Shown piece after piece: positions 9,481 to 21,016 of a stretch of DNA of 47,776 nucleotides. Source of the stretch: Asterionella formosa (lineage: Eukaryota); contig NKIB01014098.1 in NCBI GenBank assembly GCA_002256025.1, positions 1 to 47,776 on the forward strand, read 5' to 3'. The position numbers and the translations under genes were made by a program. Each line of letters opens with the position of its first letter. Within the stretch, counting starts at the first letter, position 1. A model generated the notes under the pieces. The model was not told the origin of the DNA, ran no database searches, and was given only the letters and a program-made list of their open reading frames with translations.

Positions 9481-10769
9481 GGTTGTTTGGTTTGAATAAA
9501 CAAACAAACAACTATTCTCCAAATGCTGTTTGCATTTCTAGAAACATACAATCATAGATAGACCAATGTCTATCTCACACTTACTGATCATAGGTTTACA
9601 ACCATTGATCATTCATTTCAAACTATCGGTCTTCCAAAATAGCTTATATCGTCCGGCTCATTATGGCTGGAGCAACAACGTTGAACGTGTGGTTGATGAG
9701 AGCTTGGTACATCAAAGTCGACTCATTCGAATCTTTTACGTAGGTGAGGTGTATGCATGGACACTCTATACTCCGAGATATACGATTTTATATGCTATGT
9801 GCATTGAATCCTTTCGACATATTCAAAATCATTTAATATATATATATATTTAGATTCCACATCGCTTAATGTGCATAAGATACACCAGTACTACAATCTA
9901 TACTCCGATCGACGAGTATGTGTCATGTATACGACCCGGCGGCTCGGCAAATATTTGAAAGTGCATTCAAGGACCGGTACGCGTATGTCCAATGATGATC
10001 ATCAACTGGGGTACTGGTACCAGGTACCCGTCGTGAATATAGGACGGGACTGTCAGTACTCCCAAGAAAATGTTACATGTTTATCCAATGTGGCCGGCGT
10101 GGGTTTGCAATACCTCGCAAACCAGGCCAATCAAACAGAGGAATGTAATTCACCTTCACCAATCATATTAAATATGTGGAAGCGGGCACTTACAATGGAA
10201 TTTTTTGGACAGGAGATTTTATGACTGAAAATTCCGGCACACGACTACCATTCCGATGATGACGTTTCGGCACTTAATAATTCTGATTCCGATATTTTGG
10301 CGACCGCCGTAGAAAAGGCCGATTTTGTCGAGTTTTTGGATGACGATAGCGAAACCTTGGCTGGGTCTGACGGCGATTTAGATACAGGTACATAGGTAAC
10401 TTTCAAATAGCATCAGTATATAACTTCTGGCGAGAAACTACAGAAAGGAACTTCGTTTTTTTTACTATGCCAAATAAACAGATTTCCCCCGAATTTTCGA
10501 GTCTTTTTAGCATAGTTAAAAAACGAAGAAGTTCCTTTCTGCAGTTTCTGACCAGATCCTATATACTGACGATATATAGAGTGGACCTACACCCGACTTT
10601 GTCCGACGACTGTATTTAAGCATACCGGTATGGAAAGGGTGTCTATTGGTGAAAGCTCCGTTGAGCGTCATACATATTTGATTTATATGTGGAAAGTATG
10701 TGTTTGATTAGTCTGACTCAATATTGTTTTTAAACCCTACCTCGAGCTAGGGGTTCAAATCCAGCAACC
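9481..10769 (+). mobile_element. Non-autonomous TIR element, copy 1 of the hairpin-bearing Kolobok-like family
   Basis: About 10125-10769 aligns in blocks with 21560-22070 and with the reverse complement of 36037-36600. It ends in GCAACC. The putative left end TTTA|GGTTGTTTGGTTTGAA resembles the reverse complement of the right end, GGTTGCTGGATTTGAA. The left boundary is tentative. Confidence 0.55.
10413..10569. repeat. Long imperfect inverted repeat (hairpin, ~65-bp arms)
   Basis: TCAGTATATA..TCTGG..AGAAACTACAGAAAGGAACTTCGTTTTTTTTACTATGC pairs with GCATAGTTAAAAAACGAAGAAGTTCCTTTCTGCAGTTTCT..CCAGA..TATATACTGA. Confidence 0.9.
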
Positions 10770-11168
10770 TGCCTTGACAAATTAGCTACGGTGCGGGTGC
10801 CGTATTTACCGGTGAACCAGCTGATAACCCCAGAGGTCTAGAATGCCGAGCTCCCGACCCAATCAGCTCTGTGTACCACACAGTACCGGTAGTGACTGGC
10901 CGTAAATTTAGACACGCCGCAAGTGACTTACCGGTACTATGGTATGTATGTACGTGCGTCTGGGAATTACTGAACACCGGCCGACATCATATTCCGGTAT
11001 GACTTTTGGCTGCGTTCGGCTGCAAATTTGAGGGTGCCATAATTTCAAAGGTTGCTATCAATTTTAAGTTTTTGTCATCGAGCCACTCTTGCTCCCATTC
11101 ATACTTTCAATCGTAAATTTGACTGCATTTTCATTACAATCGGCCTCACACGAGATCTTGACAACATA

Positions 11169-12608
11169 ATGAGCGTCGAAGGAAATGAAAAGGAAATTCC
11201 TGAAGTGCCCCTTTCTTCTGATGCCGATGAGCCCCCCAAGTCCTTCCAATCAAAGCTCTGGAAACAAGTGGTTGCATTCTATTTCGCAAATGAGTTCATG
11301 ATCTTGGCCATCTTGGCAATCATCATCGCCAAAGCGTACCCTCCTTTGGGTGCTAAGTATTTAAAGCCGAAAATCACAGCTTCGTGGATTGCTGTCATCT
11401 TTATCTTTTGTAAGTTTTGTCCGAGTTGATTGCAATTCATGATAGCCCTCAACTATTGTTTTTGTGTTCTGTCGAAACTCAAGTTCATCGACAACTCACA
11501 CGTATTCCCTCCTTTTCACCTCAAGTTCTGGCTGGAATATCGCTGAGGACCGAAGAAGTTGCCAATGCCTTTGTGAGAGTCTATTTTAATCTTTTTGTTC
11601 AGGTTTTCAACTTTGGCGTCGTTTCATCCATTGTATTCGGGTTTTCTCGTTTAATGATTGAAGTTGGAGCTATTTCGAAGGCCATAGGAGATGGAATGGT
11701 CATTTGTGCTTGTCTTTCAATCACAGTGAACGTGTGTGTGGTGATGACCATTGGTGCTGGTGGAGGTGAGACTTCAATTCATAATTTCTTCAGTACTCTC
11801 ATTTGTTCAGATCACTACCCAGTAGTGAAGAATTCCTCTCACACTTTGTATCTTGAATGTCCTAACAGACGAAGCTGCTGCTATTTTTAATGCTACTTTC
11901 GGAAATATTGTCGGAATTTTCTTAACTCCTGCTTTAATCCTTCTTTATATTGGGAATTCGGGAGGAGTTCCTATTGGCAAAACGATTTCCACACTTGCAA
12001 TCCGAGTTTTAGTTCCTCTTGTTGTTGGTCAGTTGATCAGAAAGATATCAACTCGTTTTACAGCCTTTGTCAAAAAATACAAGTACTACATTGACAAGGC
12101 ACGCGAGTACACACTTGTTTTCATTATTTACACCTCATTTTGCACTACATTTGCCAAAAGTAAACATAAACCCAATGCTGGTGATCTATGTTTTCTAATT
12201 TTGTTTCAGTTCATCCTCCTTTGCACCACTATGGTCTTGGCTTGGTTCCTATTACGGGTACTGTTTCGTAATGAACCAAAGCTCCGAGTTATGGGACTTT
12301 TTGGCTGCACTGAGAAAACACTTACTGTGGGCCTCCCTCTGATCAGTGCAATCTATGCAGGCAACAAAAACCTTGGACCTTACACATTACCACTCTTGGT
12401 GTGGTATGCGATGCAATTTATCCTTGGAACAGCTCTTACTCCCAGGCTCAAGGCCTTTGTGGAGACTGAGACCAAGAGGTTAGGCACTGTCAATAAGAAT
12501 CCAGAGACTGTCAAACCAGCAGGCTTGGAAGAAGAACCTGCAGACTTGGAAAGCGAGGCTGCAGAAGTGCAAGCAATTGATCACAAGGCACTTTCTCATG
12601 AAGCATAG
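11169..12608 (+). CDS. Sodium/bile-acid symporter family (SLC10A7/SBF-like) membrane transporter; exons 11169-11409, 11526-11765, 11869-12608
   Basis: Three hydrophobic ORFs are joined in frame by GT-AG introns 11410-11525 and 11766-11868, giving IFIFFLAGISLRTEE and [25 protein letters not shown]. Family-like motifs FGCTEKTLTVGLPLI and LPLLVWYAMQ. Confidence 0.9.
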
Positions 12609-14544
12609 AATGCAGGAACAAAAGTATCAACCATCCAAAATTCTGCAAGATTTCAAATTACCGTGTTGCCTTCCTCTGAGGAATTTTAAGAATTAATCAT
12701 GTTTCCTTCATTTCTCTGAAAAATAACAGTAGCTACTGTTTAGGACTTAAATTGGAATGTGTACAGGAATGACACTCATGTACTGCATGGTCACCAATGA
12801 AGTTCTGGTACAACATGTAGGGCAAAAACAAGAATAGGAAAAACAGGATTCATTTTGCCACCATTCTAGCACAAAAGGTGAATGCAGCTGTAGTTTGCAA
12901 GGAACATATAGCTGGTTAAGGATGTCTACGTCTGTAAATAAAAATTATCATGAATATAGGATCAAGGGTATCGTACGCTAAGTGGCACGGGATTTTTACA
13001 TACATGATAGTTTTTTGATCAAAAATATGATCAAAGTATCATATAATTATGATCATGCAGTAAACTTTTACCGAGCTTGAAGTATGATGATACTATCATA
13101 TTTATAATACCAGTGCATCATATAATTAGTTAAACATGGTCATATGATGTGTATACTTTTGTCATACATCTATCTTAGCATGATCGTAATTCTCATCGAT
13201 ATCACTGACTAAAATAGGATAAAATTGATCGAAATTTAGAACTATATTTAAGAAAAGTTTTATGTTTCTATATCTTGAGTGGCTACAGAATGTTCTACAG
13301 TGCTCTCATCGCAATGATGGGTGCTTCAGCTTTCACTTCCACCTTCCCCCCTAATCCAATTCTGAAGGTTGTTGTACTGGTGGTTGCCTTGCCGTTGTTC
13401 CCCCGCTTTGTTCCATTTACTCCTGACGGATCTGAGTTTGCATTCACGCATTTTCATATTACTATTGAATCCGTTTCGTTGTTCCAATCAGCCATACTAT
13501 CAGCAAAGAGAAGCAATTCATTGTAAGCTGTTCATGTTTTGCTTACACAACAACATGCATTTTGCTTCTATCTTCACTGACCTTGCTTAGTAAGCAAGGT
13601 CAGCTACCTTAGATAGTAACTCCTTTTGAAAGTCAATGTGATCTCTTGATTTGACGTTTTAACTTGTTTCTGCTTTTCACTCATTTCATCATAGTTTCAT
13701 GATGTCTCTCTTGCTTTGAACAGTTTCACTGTGGTGAAATGGCGAAAAGACAATCAAGTAATGGAAGTTAGGCCAAAGAAGTCGATCCATTTACCATACC
13801 TATAATAATATTGCTTCACTTAGCTATATAGCGTCTTAAGAATATTCAATCCCTGGATACTAAAAGAGAACCCAACCCAGCATCAACAATGGCATGATGG
13901 CACGGTGGGTGCTGGTGAAACGCGGGGAAAAGGTTGATATAGTCCCTCTAATGGGAGTCGACAGTTGCACTGAGTTGGTGCAATCATGGTGATGTTGTAA
14001 ATACTTCCTAAAATCTCTATGGGAATTACCTCCCTGAGAAGAAAGTGGATAGCTTGGCTGGTTTGGACCCGGCCCTGGGGAGGGGGGCACGCTTGTTTTG
14101 TGGGCGGGTGACCCACTTCCCCCGCTAAGCTGAGATACTTGTGAAAATTTTCTGAATATATTGTTGGATAGTTTTTGCTACTAATTTCGCAGATTCCAAA
14201 AGAAAATCTGTTTTTTTCCAAATACTGAGGACGCTTTGTGTTCAGTTGTGCCTGAAGCATACTATCTCTAAGGGGAAGGTGGAAGAGATGTGAATCCCTG
14301 ACACAGATTTCGTTTCGTCTTTAGTACAGTCCTATCATTTTGACATCCAGGTCGGATTAAGCGATGCAGATAGTATTGTTGGCGTAATGAAGGATCTCAT
14401 TGCGCTCCTTCCACCCCTTCTGCCTTGGCAATCCATTTGTCCCCAACCACCTTTCGTGAAATGTGATTGTCTTAGCCCCAGCGTTAGGGGAAACTCCAAC
14501 CGCCTAGGAAGGCGGCACAAGACAAGACCGTGCAGAACGGTAAG

Positions 14545-15034
14545 TGTTGAGGATAAACGACTACTGTTAGCAGACAGTAGTATAACTATTACTGTAATGG
14601 CTGACTGCACAGTCTGCATGACCGACAGTCATGGTGAGGAATTCCATGGAACAAGAAGGTCAGTTCAGGAAAATATATGCGGGATTCGTAAATGGAATAG
14701 CAATTCCTACAGAGCAAGTCCAACATGCAAGATTAAATGATAAAACTGAGACGATTGGAATTGCAAATCGTATGAAATCGACCAATGAGAAAGAGTGGAT
14801 TGAGGTGAAGAACAAATCCAAGAAAGTAAGAGTCGTGAAACAAGATCAATTTGGCAGGATTGATAGAATTTGGTAAGATTGATAGAAAAATTAATCTGAA
14901 GTAATCACAACATTAAAAGAGGTTAATCTAACAGTAGATTAAAATGTTGTCGAAAACTAGTAGCTAGTGGAGAACTAGTAGTAGTGGACACTAGACGTGT
15001 AAGTACTATCAAGGAGATCTGGAACATCTCAACA
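14545..15034 (+). repeat. 5' LTR (490 bp)
   Basis: TGTTGAG...CTCAACA terminal inverted repeat; near-identical to 19961-20443. Confidence 0.96.
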
Positions 15035-15099
15035 CGTTTTTAAAAACGATTGTTTGTGGAAGTTAAGGTCACAAAGACAAGAAGTTATTGTGCAAAGGA

Positions 15100-18000
15100 T
15101 GAGTGAAGCAAAGAAGGCTGGAACAGTCCTGGAGTCGGTCAAGGTCATTCCTTTTTATGGAACTGACACTACAAAGGGGGGAGTTGAACCCCGAGAATTT
15201 TTCAAGAAAGCTGAGGTATTCGCTGCAACAAAGGGTTTCAAGAAGGTGTTACTCGAAGAATGAGTTCTTCCAAGCTGGGCAGAGAAAGAAGAGATGGAGT
15301 TGATGAGACAAGATGATGATGAAGCAAAGCATTTTCTTATTATGTCATGCAGAGGTGACGCTTTTGCAATCATTGAATCATATGAAAGAGCATACCAAAT
15401 GTTTCAAGCCCTCAAGGACCGGTACGACTCAAAGAAGACAAAAGATTTGGTAAAAGCAAAATCAAACTTGAAAAGTGTTACATGAAATCAGACATAGATG
15501 ATCCCTACCTTTGGATTGTCGATATGGAACGATTGAACAGGGAAGTGGAAAAGTGCGAAAATGGATCAAGACGCAATGAAGAGCAAATGCAAGCAACCAT
15601 ATTAGCAAGACTACCAAAACGAAGATATGAATCAGTGATTACATCTCTAAATGGAAAGATTGGTACAAAAGTATTTGACAATAAGGACTTCATTGCTGAG
15701 ATCATTGGCCATTATGAGATGATTGTGGAGCCATTCAAAAATCGTCAAAATCGCGGAAATCAAGTTCAAAGAGAGAACAAGCAAGGAAAGGGGAAAGCAT
15801 CTGGCTCTGAATACTACAAGTGGAAAAGGTGCCTGGAGAACCTTTAAAGGTAAATACAACAAGTGTGGAAGACAAGGCCACAGAGCAAGAGACTGCAGAA
15901 GCAATGGCAACAGCAACAACAGTGGAGAGAAAGACATTGAAAGACCGAAGGTGAAGTGCTACAGCTGCGGTGGATTTGGACACATTGCAAGAGATTGTCC
16001 AAAGAAGGAAGAGTCTGGTATGTTTGTTGGTATGACAATCCATGGACCTGATATTCGGGAGGATGATGTAAAGAAGAATCAAGAAGCTAAAACAGAGTAT
16101 TTTGACACAAATAAATTCGCAACTGAACTTTTGCAAGATATTGCAGACTATAACAGGAAGAAGAGAAGTGTCTTGAAAGACATAAGAGAATTTAAGTGGA
16201 AACCAAGAAAATACAACAAGTTCCAACAAGTGAAAAGCCAAAAGAAGAAAGTAGAGAAAAAGACCATGAGCTGGGCTGATATGTGTGAGACAAGTGATGA
16301 GGAAGAATATGACGATGTCGACGAAAATGAGAACAGAGGAATTGTTGATGAGAAAGAAATTATTTACCAGATGGAGAAAACAAGCCATGGAGCAGAATGG
16401 ATGTGGGATGAGGAAGTTTTTGCTACAAATTCATTGAAAACCATGATCCCTGTCACAGAGAGTGGACATGAAAGCTGGCTTGTTGACGCAGGGGCAACAA
16501 CCCATGTGTCCATCAGCACTATAAAAATGAGTAATTTGCAGACTGCAACTGAAGGTGAGCATGTGAGGGTTGGACACAATGAAACCCTTAAGGCAACAGC
16601 GATTGGTGATTTAACTCTGGAGCAGAAGGACACAAAGAAAACACTGAAATTGGAAAAAGTGATGGTTGTTCCCGGTTTTGCTCGAAATTTGATAAGTGTT
16701 GGCAGGTTGACAGAGAAAGGAAACGAATTTGTGGCTGGAAAAGAAGGATCCAAGATATTTAATGATTCTGGTGGCATCATGAGTTTTGAGACAGGAACCG
16801 ATGGTATGGCTTATCTGATTGCACAGCGTGCTGCTGGAGCAAAAGAGGTCTACAATATTTAAGAAATTAAAAATGATGATGGAATGATTAAGAAACAGAA
16901 GAGAGATCTAATGAACATTGATGAGGCACACAGAAAACTTGGGCATGCAACAGAAAAAGTGGTGCAAAAAATGCTGCAAGCACTTAAGATCATACCAGTT
17001 GGAAAAATGTTGGTGTGTGATGGCTGTTCACAAGCAAAAGCTACCCAGAAACGAACAAACAAGGTGCCTACAGTGGTAGCAGAAAAACCTGGCGAGAAAA
17101 TCTATATGGATACAAGTGGCCCATATTCAGAGACAGTGATGGGGTCCTGTTATTGGCATAAATTTGTTGATGACAAAACAAGGAAGTCATGGGATTTTTA
17201 TGGAGCAAGAAAAAATGGCATAACAAAGGTACTGAAGGAAATTTTGGACAAGTTAAAGGCTGCTGGGAAGCCAGTAAAATATCTACGGTGTGACAATGCA
17301 GGCGAGCATATGTTTGAATTACGAAAAATATGTGAAGGAGAATATGGAATTCAGTTGGAGTACACAGCACCTCACACACCGCAGCACAATGGAGTGGTGG
17401 AAAGGATGTTTTCACGTGATGCAAAACGTGCGCTCCTGGCAATGATGATATCTGCTGCATGGACCAAAGAGATGCAGGCTAAATTATGGGCTGAAGCGAC
17501 AAAAACAGCAGCGATACTAGGAAATTCCCTTCCAAACACCCGAAGTGCAGTACCACCTGATGAGTTATTTTATGGAAAACCAAGTGACATCTACACACAC
17601 TTGATTGAGTTTGGAAGAGTTGGTTATGTTACAAACAGGTCCACAATGAAAGGGAAGTTCAAAGAGAAAGCAAATCCCATGGTAATGATTGGCTATGGTG
17701 AGAACCATGCCAGGGATGTGTATCGTATGTACAATCCAATAACCAGTAAAGTGGTTGAAACAAGAGATATTCATGCTTGGTGGGCAGCCAGACATGACGA
17801 ATGCTACCAACGAAATCAGATTGACTATGAATGAAATTTATGACCCTGAGTTGATTTTGGAGGAGCCAGAACCTCCAGAAGTGATTGAAGAACCTGATGA
17901 GGACAGTCCTCCTATCCATATAATCCCCACATATGAGGATAAATTGGCAGAATCCACATCGAACCTGGATTTTCCATTGTCTGGAGCAGGGAGGATGTAT

Positions 18001-20288
18001 GAGGAGGAAAAGAAAACTTTAGAAGAACAAGACTCAAGAATTGAGCAAGAATATGAAGAGGATGATGAAGAAAGGAGTGATGAGTCAAATTCGACGCAGA
18101 CAGACGACAGTGATGTTGATGACTTGCCAGAAATTTATAAAAGAACAAATGCTACAGAAATGGAAATGTATGGAGCAGATGATATTACTGTGGAAGCTGG
18201 TGAGCAAGAAGCTGAGAGACCACAACTCAATTCGACAAGGTTGAAAAATGAAATGAAACGGCTGGGAATTGAAGTGCCAATCATGATTGAAGATGGTGAA
18301 ATTGGAATAAGAACACGCAGTAAGACGGATCAAGTGGCATTTAATGCAACACTAGTGTCAGATCCTGGAGAACCTAAGACATTTCGGAAAGCCATGGATG
18401 GTAAAACCCGTGACAAGTGGGAACCATCAGCAGGAGCAGAAATCAATAACCTTTTATCAAGAGATTCATGGCATAAGTTTCCAAGAAAAAATTTCAAGGA
18501 TGGTAAGCCCATACCTGTGAAATGGATATTCAAGGTGAAGGAGGAACAAGATGGTTCAAAAAGGTTCAAGAGCAGGATTGTGCTGAGGGGCTATGTGATG
18601 GTCCCAGCAGGAGTGGACTACACGGAGTCTTTTTCGCCAGTCGCAAAAGATACAACAGTCAGGACAGCAATTGCTATGGCTTTATATCGCCAGAATGAAG
18701 AATGGACAATTGAGATGATAGACATCGAAGCAGCATTCTTAAATGCAGAACTTGAATCAGATAGGCCAGTGTATGCAGAATGGCCAGAAGGCTTGGTGGA
18801 ACTTGGATTTATCACAGAAGAAGAAAAGAAGGAGTTTTGCATCAAACTGACAAGAGCCATTTATGGTGGAGTCAATGTACCGAGACTTTATATGAAGACA
18901 CTGTGCAAATACTTAACAAAGGAAATGAAGATGACTCAGAGCTTGGTGGATCCATGTTTATATTACTGGAAGAGTAAATTGGATGAAGTCACTCTGATGG
19001 CTGTGGTACATGTTGATGACGTTTTATTGATTGGAAGAAAGACAAAAATTGAAAAGTTCAAGTTGGAAATACAGAAGAGGTTTAATATTTCGGATTTGGG
19101 AAGATTGAAGAAGCATCTTGGTGTAAGATATGAATGGAAAACTGATAAAAATGGTGAAATCTACATTGTGGGTAGTATGACAAAGTTGGAGGATGAAATT
19201 GTTGAGTCGTTCAAAAATATAATTGGGAAGAATGCATATTAAGGAGACAGAGACACCAGGATATCCAAAAAAGTTTCTCAGGAAGAATCAAGGAGAGCCA
19301 GTAAAAATGACGGAATATCGTTCTACTATGGTTGGAAAAGTAATGTATTTGATGACAAAGTTGGAAACAGATTTGGCAAAGCAACCCTGCACGAGAGTTG
19401 ACACAACATCTGTCAAACCCAGGCGAGGAGCACTGGAAAGCACTTGAAAGACTGGTTGGACACATTAAAGCAAGATACTATGATGGGTTGACATATCAGA
19501 GCCCAAAGGAGCTGAGGCGTTTTGTCTGGTCTACATACAATCGGTGGTACATTGGTGAACTGGGAGTCAAAGACACAACATGTAGTTACATTGTCAAGCA
19601 AAGAAGTGGAGTATATCAGTTTGGCAAAAGGAGCATGTGAGAACAAGTTCATATCCATGCTACTTGAAGAAGTGATGCAATATCCAAAAGAAGAGAAATT
19701 GGTTTGGCGTGTATACAAAGACAATTTAGGAGCTATCTATTTGATCTGGTAAAGAACCAACATGTGGGTGCACGGGCAAAACATATTGATGTCAGGGCAC
19801 ATTTCATCCGAGAACTTGAAGATCAAGGATATTTGATGGTACATTTTGTACGATCGGAAGAGAACTCAGCTGACATACTAAGCAAGAACTGTCCCAAGAA
19901 GTTGCACACAAAGCACGCAGCAAGGATAAGAAATGGGAATCTTGAATGTTGGAGGGAGGATGTTGAGGATAAACGACTACTGTTAGCAGACAGTAGTATA
20001 TCTATTTCTGTAATGACTGCACAGTCTGCACGACCGACAGTCATGGTGAGGAATTCCATGGAACAAGAAGGTCAGTTCAGGAAAATATATGCGGGATTCG
20101 TAAATGGAATAGCAATTCCTACAGAGCAAGTCCAACATGCAAGATTAAATGATAAAACTGAGACGATTGGAATTGCAAATCTTATGAAATCGACCAATGA
20201 GAAAGAGTGGATTGAGGTGAAGAACAAATCCAAGAAAGTAAGATTCGTGAAACAAGATCAATTTGGCAGGATTGATAGAATTTGTTAA
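15100..20288 (+). pseudogene. Copia gag-pol polyprotein interrupted by stops and frameshifts
   Basis: Consecutive ORF fragments in changing frames. Stops at 15261 and 16860; frameshifts near 15470, 15790, 17780, 19230, 19380 and 19745; an apparent deletion at the RNase H start near 19520. Confidence 0.9.
19951..19960 (+). other. Polypurine tract
   Basis: GGAGGGAGGA immediately before the 3' LTR TG. Confidence 0.9.
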
Positions 20289-20443
20289 GATTGATAGAAA
20301 AATTAATCTGAAGTAATCACAACATTAAAAGAGGTTAATCTAACAGTAGATTAAAATGTTGTCGAAAACTAGCTAGTGGAGAACTAGTAGTGGTGGACAC
20401 TAGACGTGTAAGTACTATCAAGGAGATCTGGAACATCTCAACA
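19961..20443 (+). repeat. 3' LTR (483 bp)
   Basis: Differs from the 5' LTR by about 7 substitutions and two indels of 4 and 3 nt (counted by eye). Confidence 0.96.
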
Positions 20444-20445
20444 AG

Positions 20446-20553
20446 TAAGGAGTGTGGGAGTCGAACCCAACGATTGCTTCTAAAAAATTGCGGGAATCGA
20501 AGCTCAGAACCTCAGATAAAAGGCAACGTCCTAAACCACTAAGCCACTCCCTG
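20446..20553 (-). repeat. Degenerate tRNA-like element (probable SINE head)
   Basis: The minus strand reads GGGAGTGGCTTAGTGGTTTAGGACGTTGCC...GCTTCGATTCCCGC...GCAATCGTTGGGTTCGACTCCCACACTCC: one A box and two B-box-like motifs. No clean cloverleaf. Confidence 0.55.
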
Positions 20554-21016
20554 TGTCAAAAGGAAACAAGCTGATGGCTGGAAGTATGCATAAGAGATGT
20601 ATAGTATTTAGATTTAGATGACGATAATGAAAAGATTGGATGATTGAGCAAAAATCGAGATTTCCTGCAATCTTAAGTTACAGGGGAAATAGTTGTGATG
20701 ATGCTCTTGAGCAATATGAGGGTTACCATGGTATTTCATTTGTGACTGCTAAAGAGGGAAATGAAGAGTGGAACAATTAAAGGTTGTAAACAGTTGTTGT
20801 AACTTATTGTAATGCAATCATGTTACATACACTGATTGTGATCCGATCATGGTTGTTGCCATGACGTTGCAAGGTGGTGAGGCATCAGCAAACTTGCAAG
20901 AAGTCGAAAGGTTCTTCATTCACTTTCTATTTATGCATAGATTTTGATTCAGCAAATCGTCATCTGGCTGTCAATAAGAGTCCCATTTTCCAATTTTCTT
21001 ATGGAATATTAATTAA

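Larger units (their letters stand above)
14545..20443 (+). mobile_element. Ty1/copia LTR retrotransposon, full length, coding region decayed
   Basis: Two TG...CA LTRs. Domain order is gag (CYSCGGFGHIARDC knuckle), protease (WLVDAGATTH), integrase (HRKLGH..CDGC, MDTSGP, RCDNAGE, NGVVERM), RT (DIEAAFLN, VHVDD), RNase H (KHIDVRAHFIRE, NSADILSK). Flanks are GGTAAG and AGTAAG, an imperfect or offset target-site duplication. Confidence 0.97.

Noticed and set aside
10730..10790. Helitron 3' end (small hairpin CCCTA..TAGGG)
   Set aside because: No CTRR terminus at the expected distance; homologous copies end at GG/CC termini next to TTAA instead.
14290..14370. Possible hammerhead ribozyme in the SINE-like body (GACGAAAC on the minus strand)
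   Set aside because: No CUGAnGA core found at a compatible position.
14631..14876. Stand-alone 81-aa gene
   Set aside because: It is the 5' LTR copy of the sequence that extends the pol frame in the 3' LTR.
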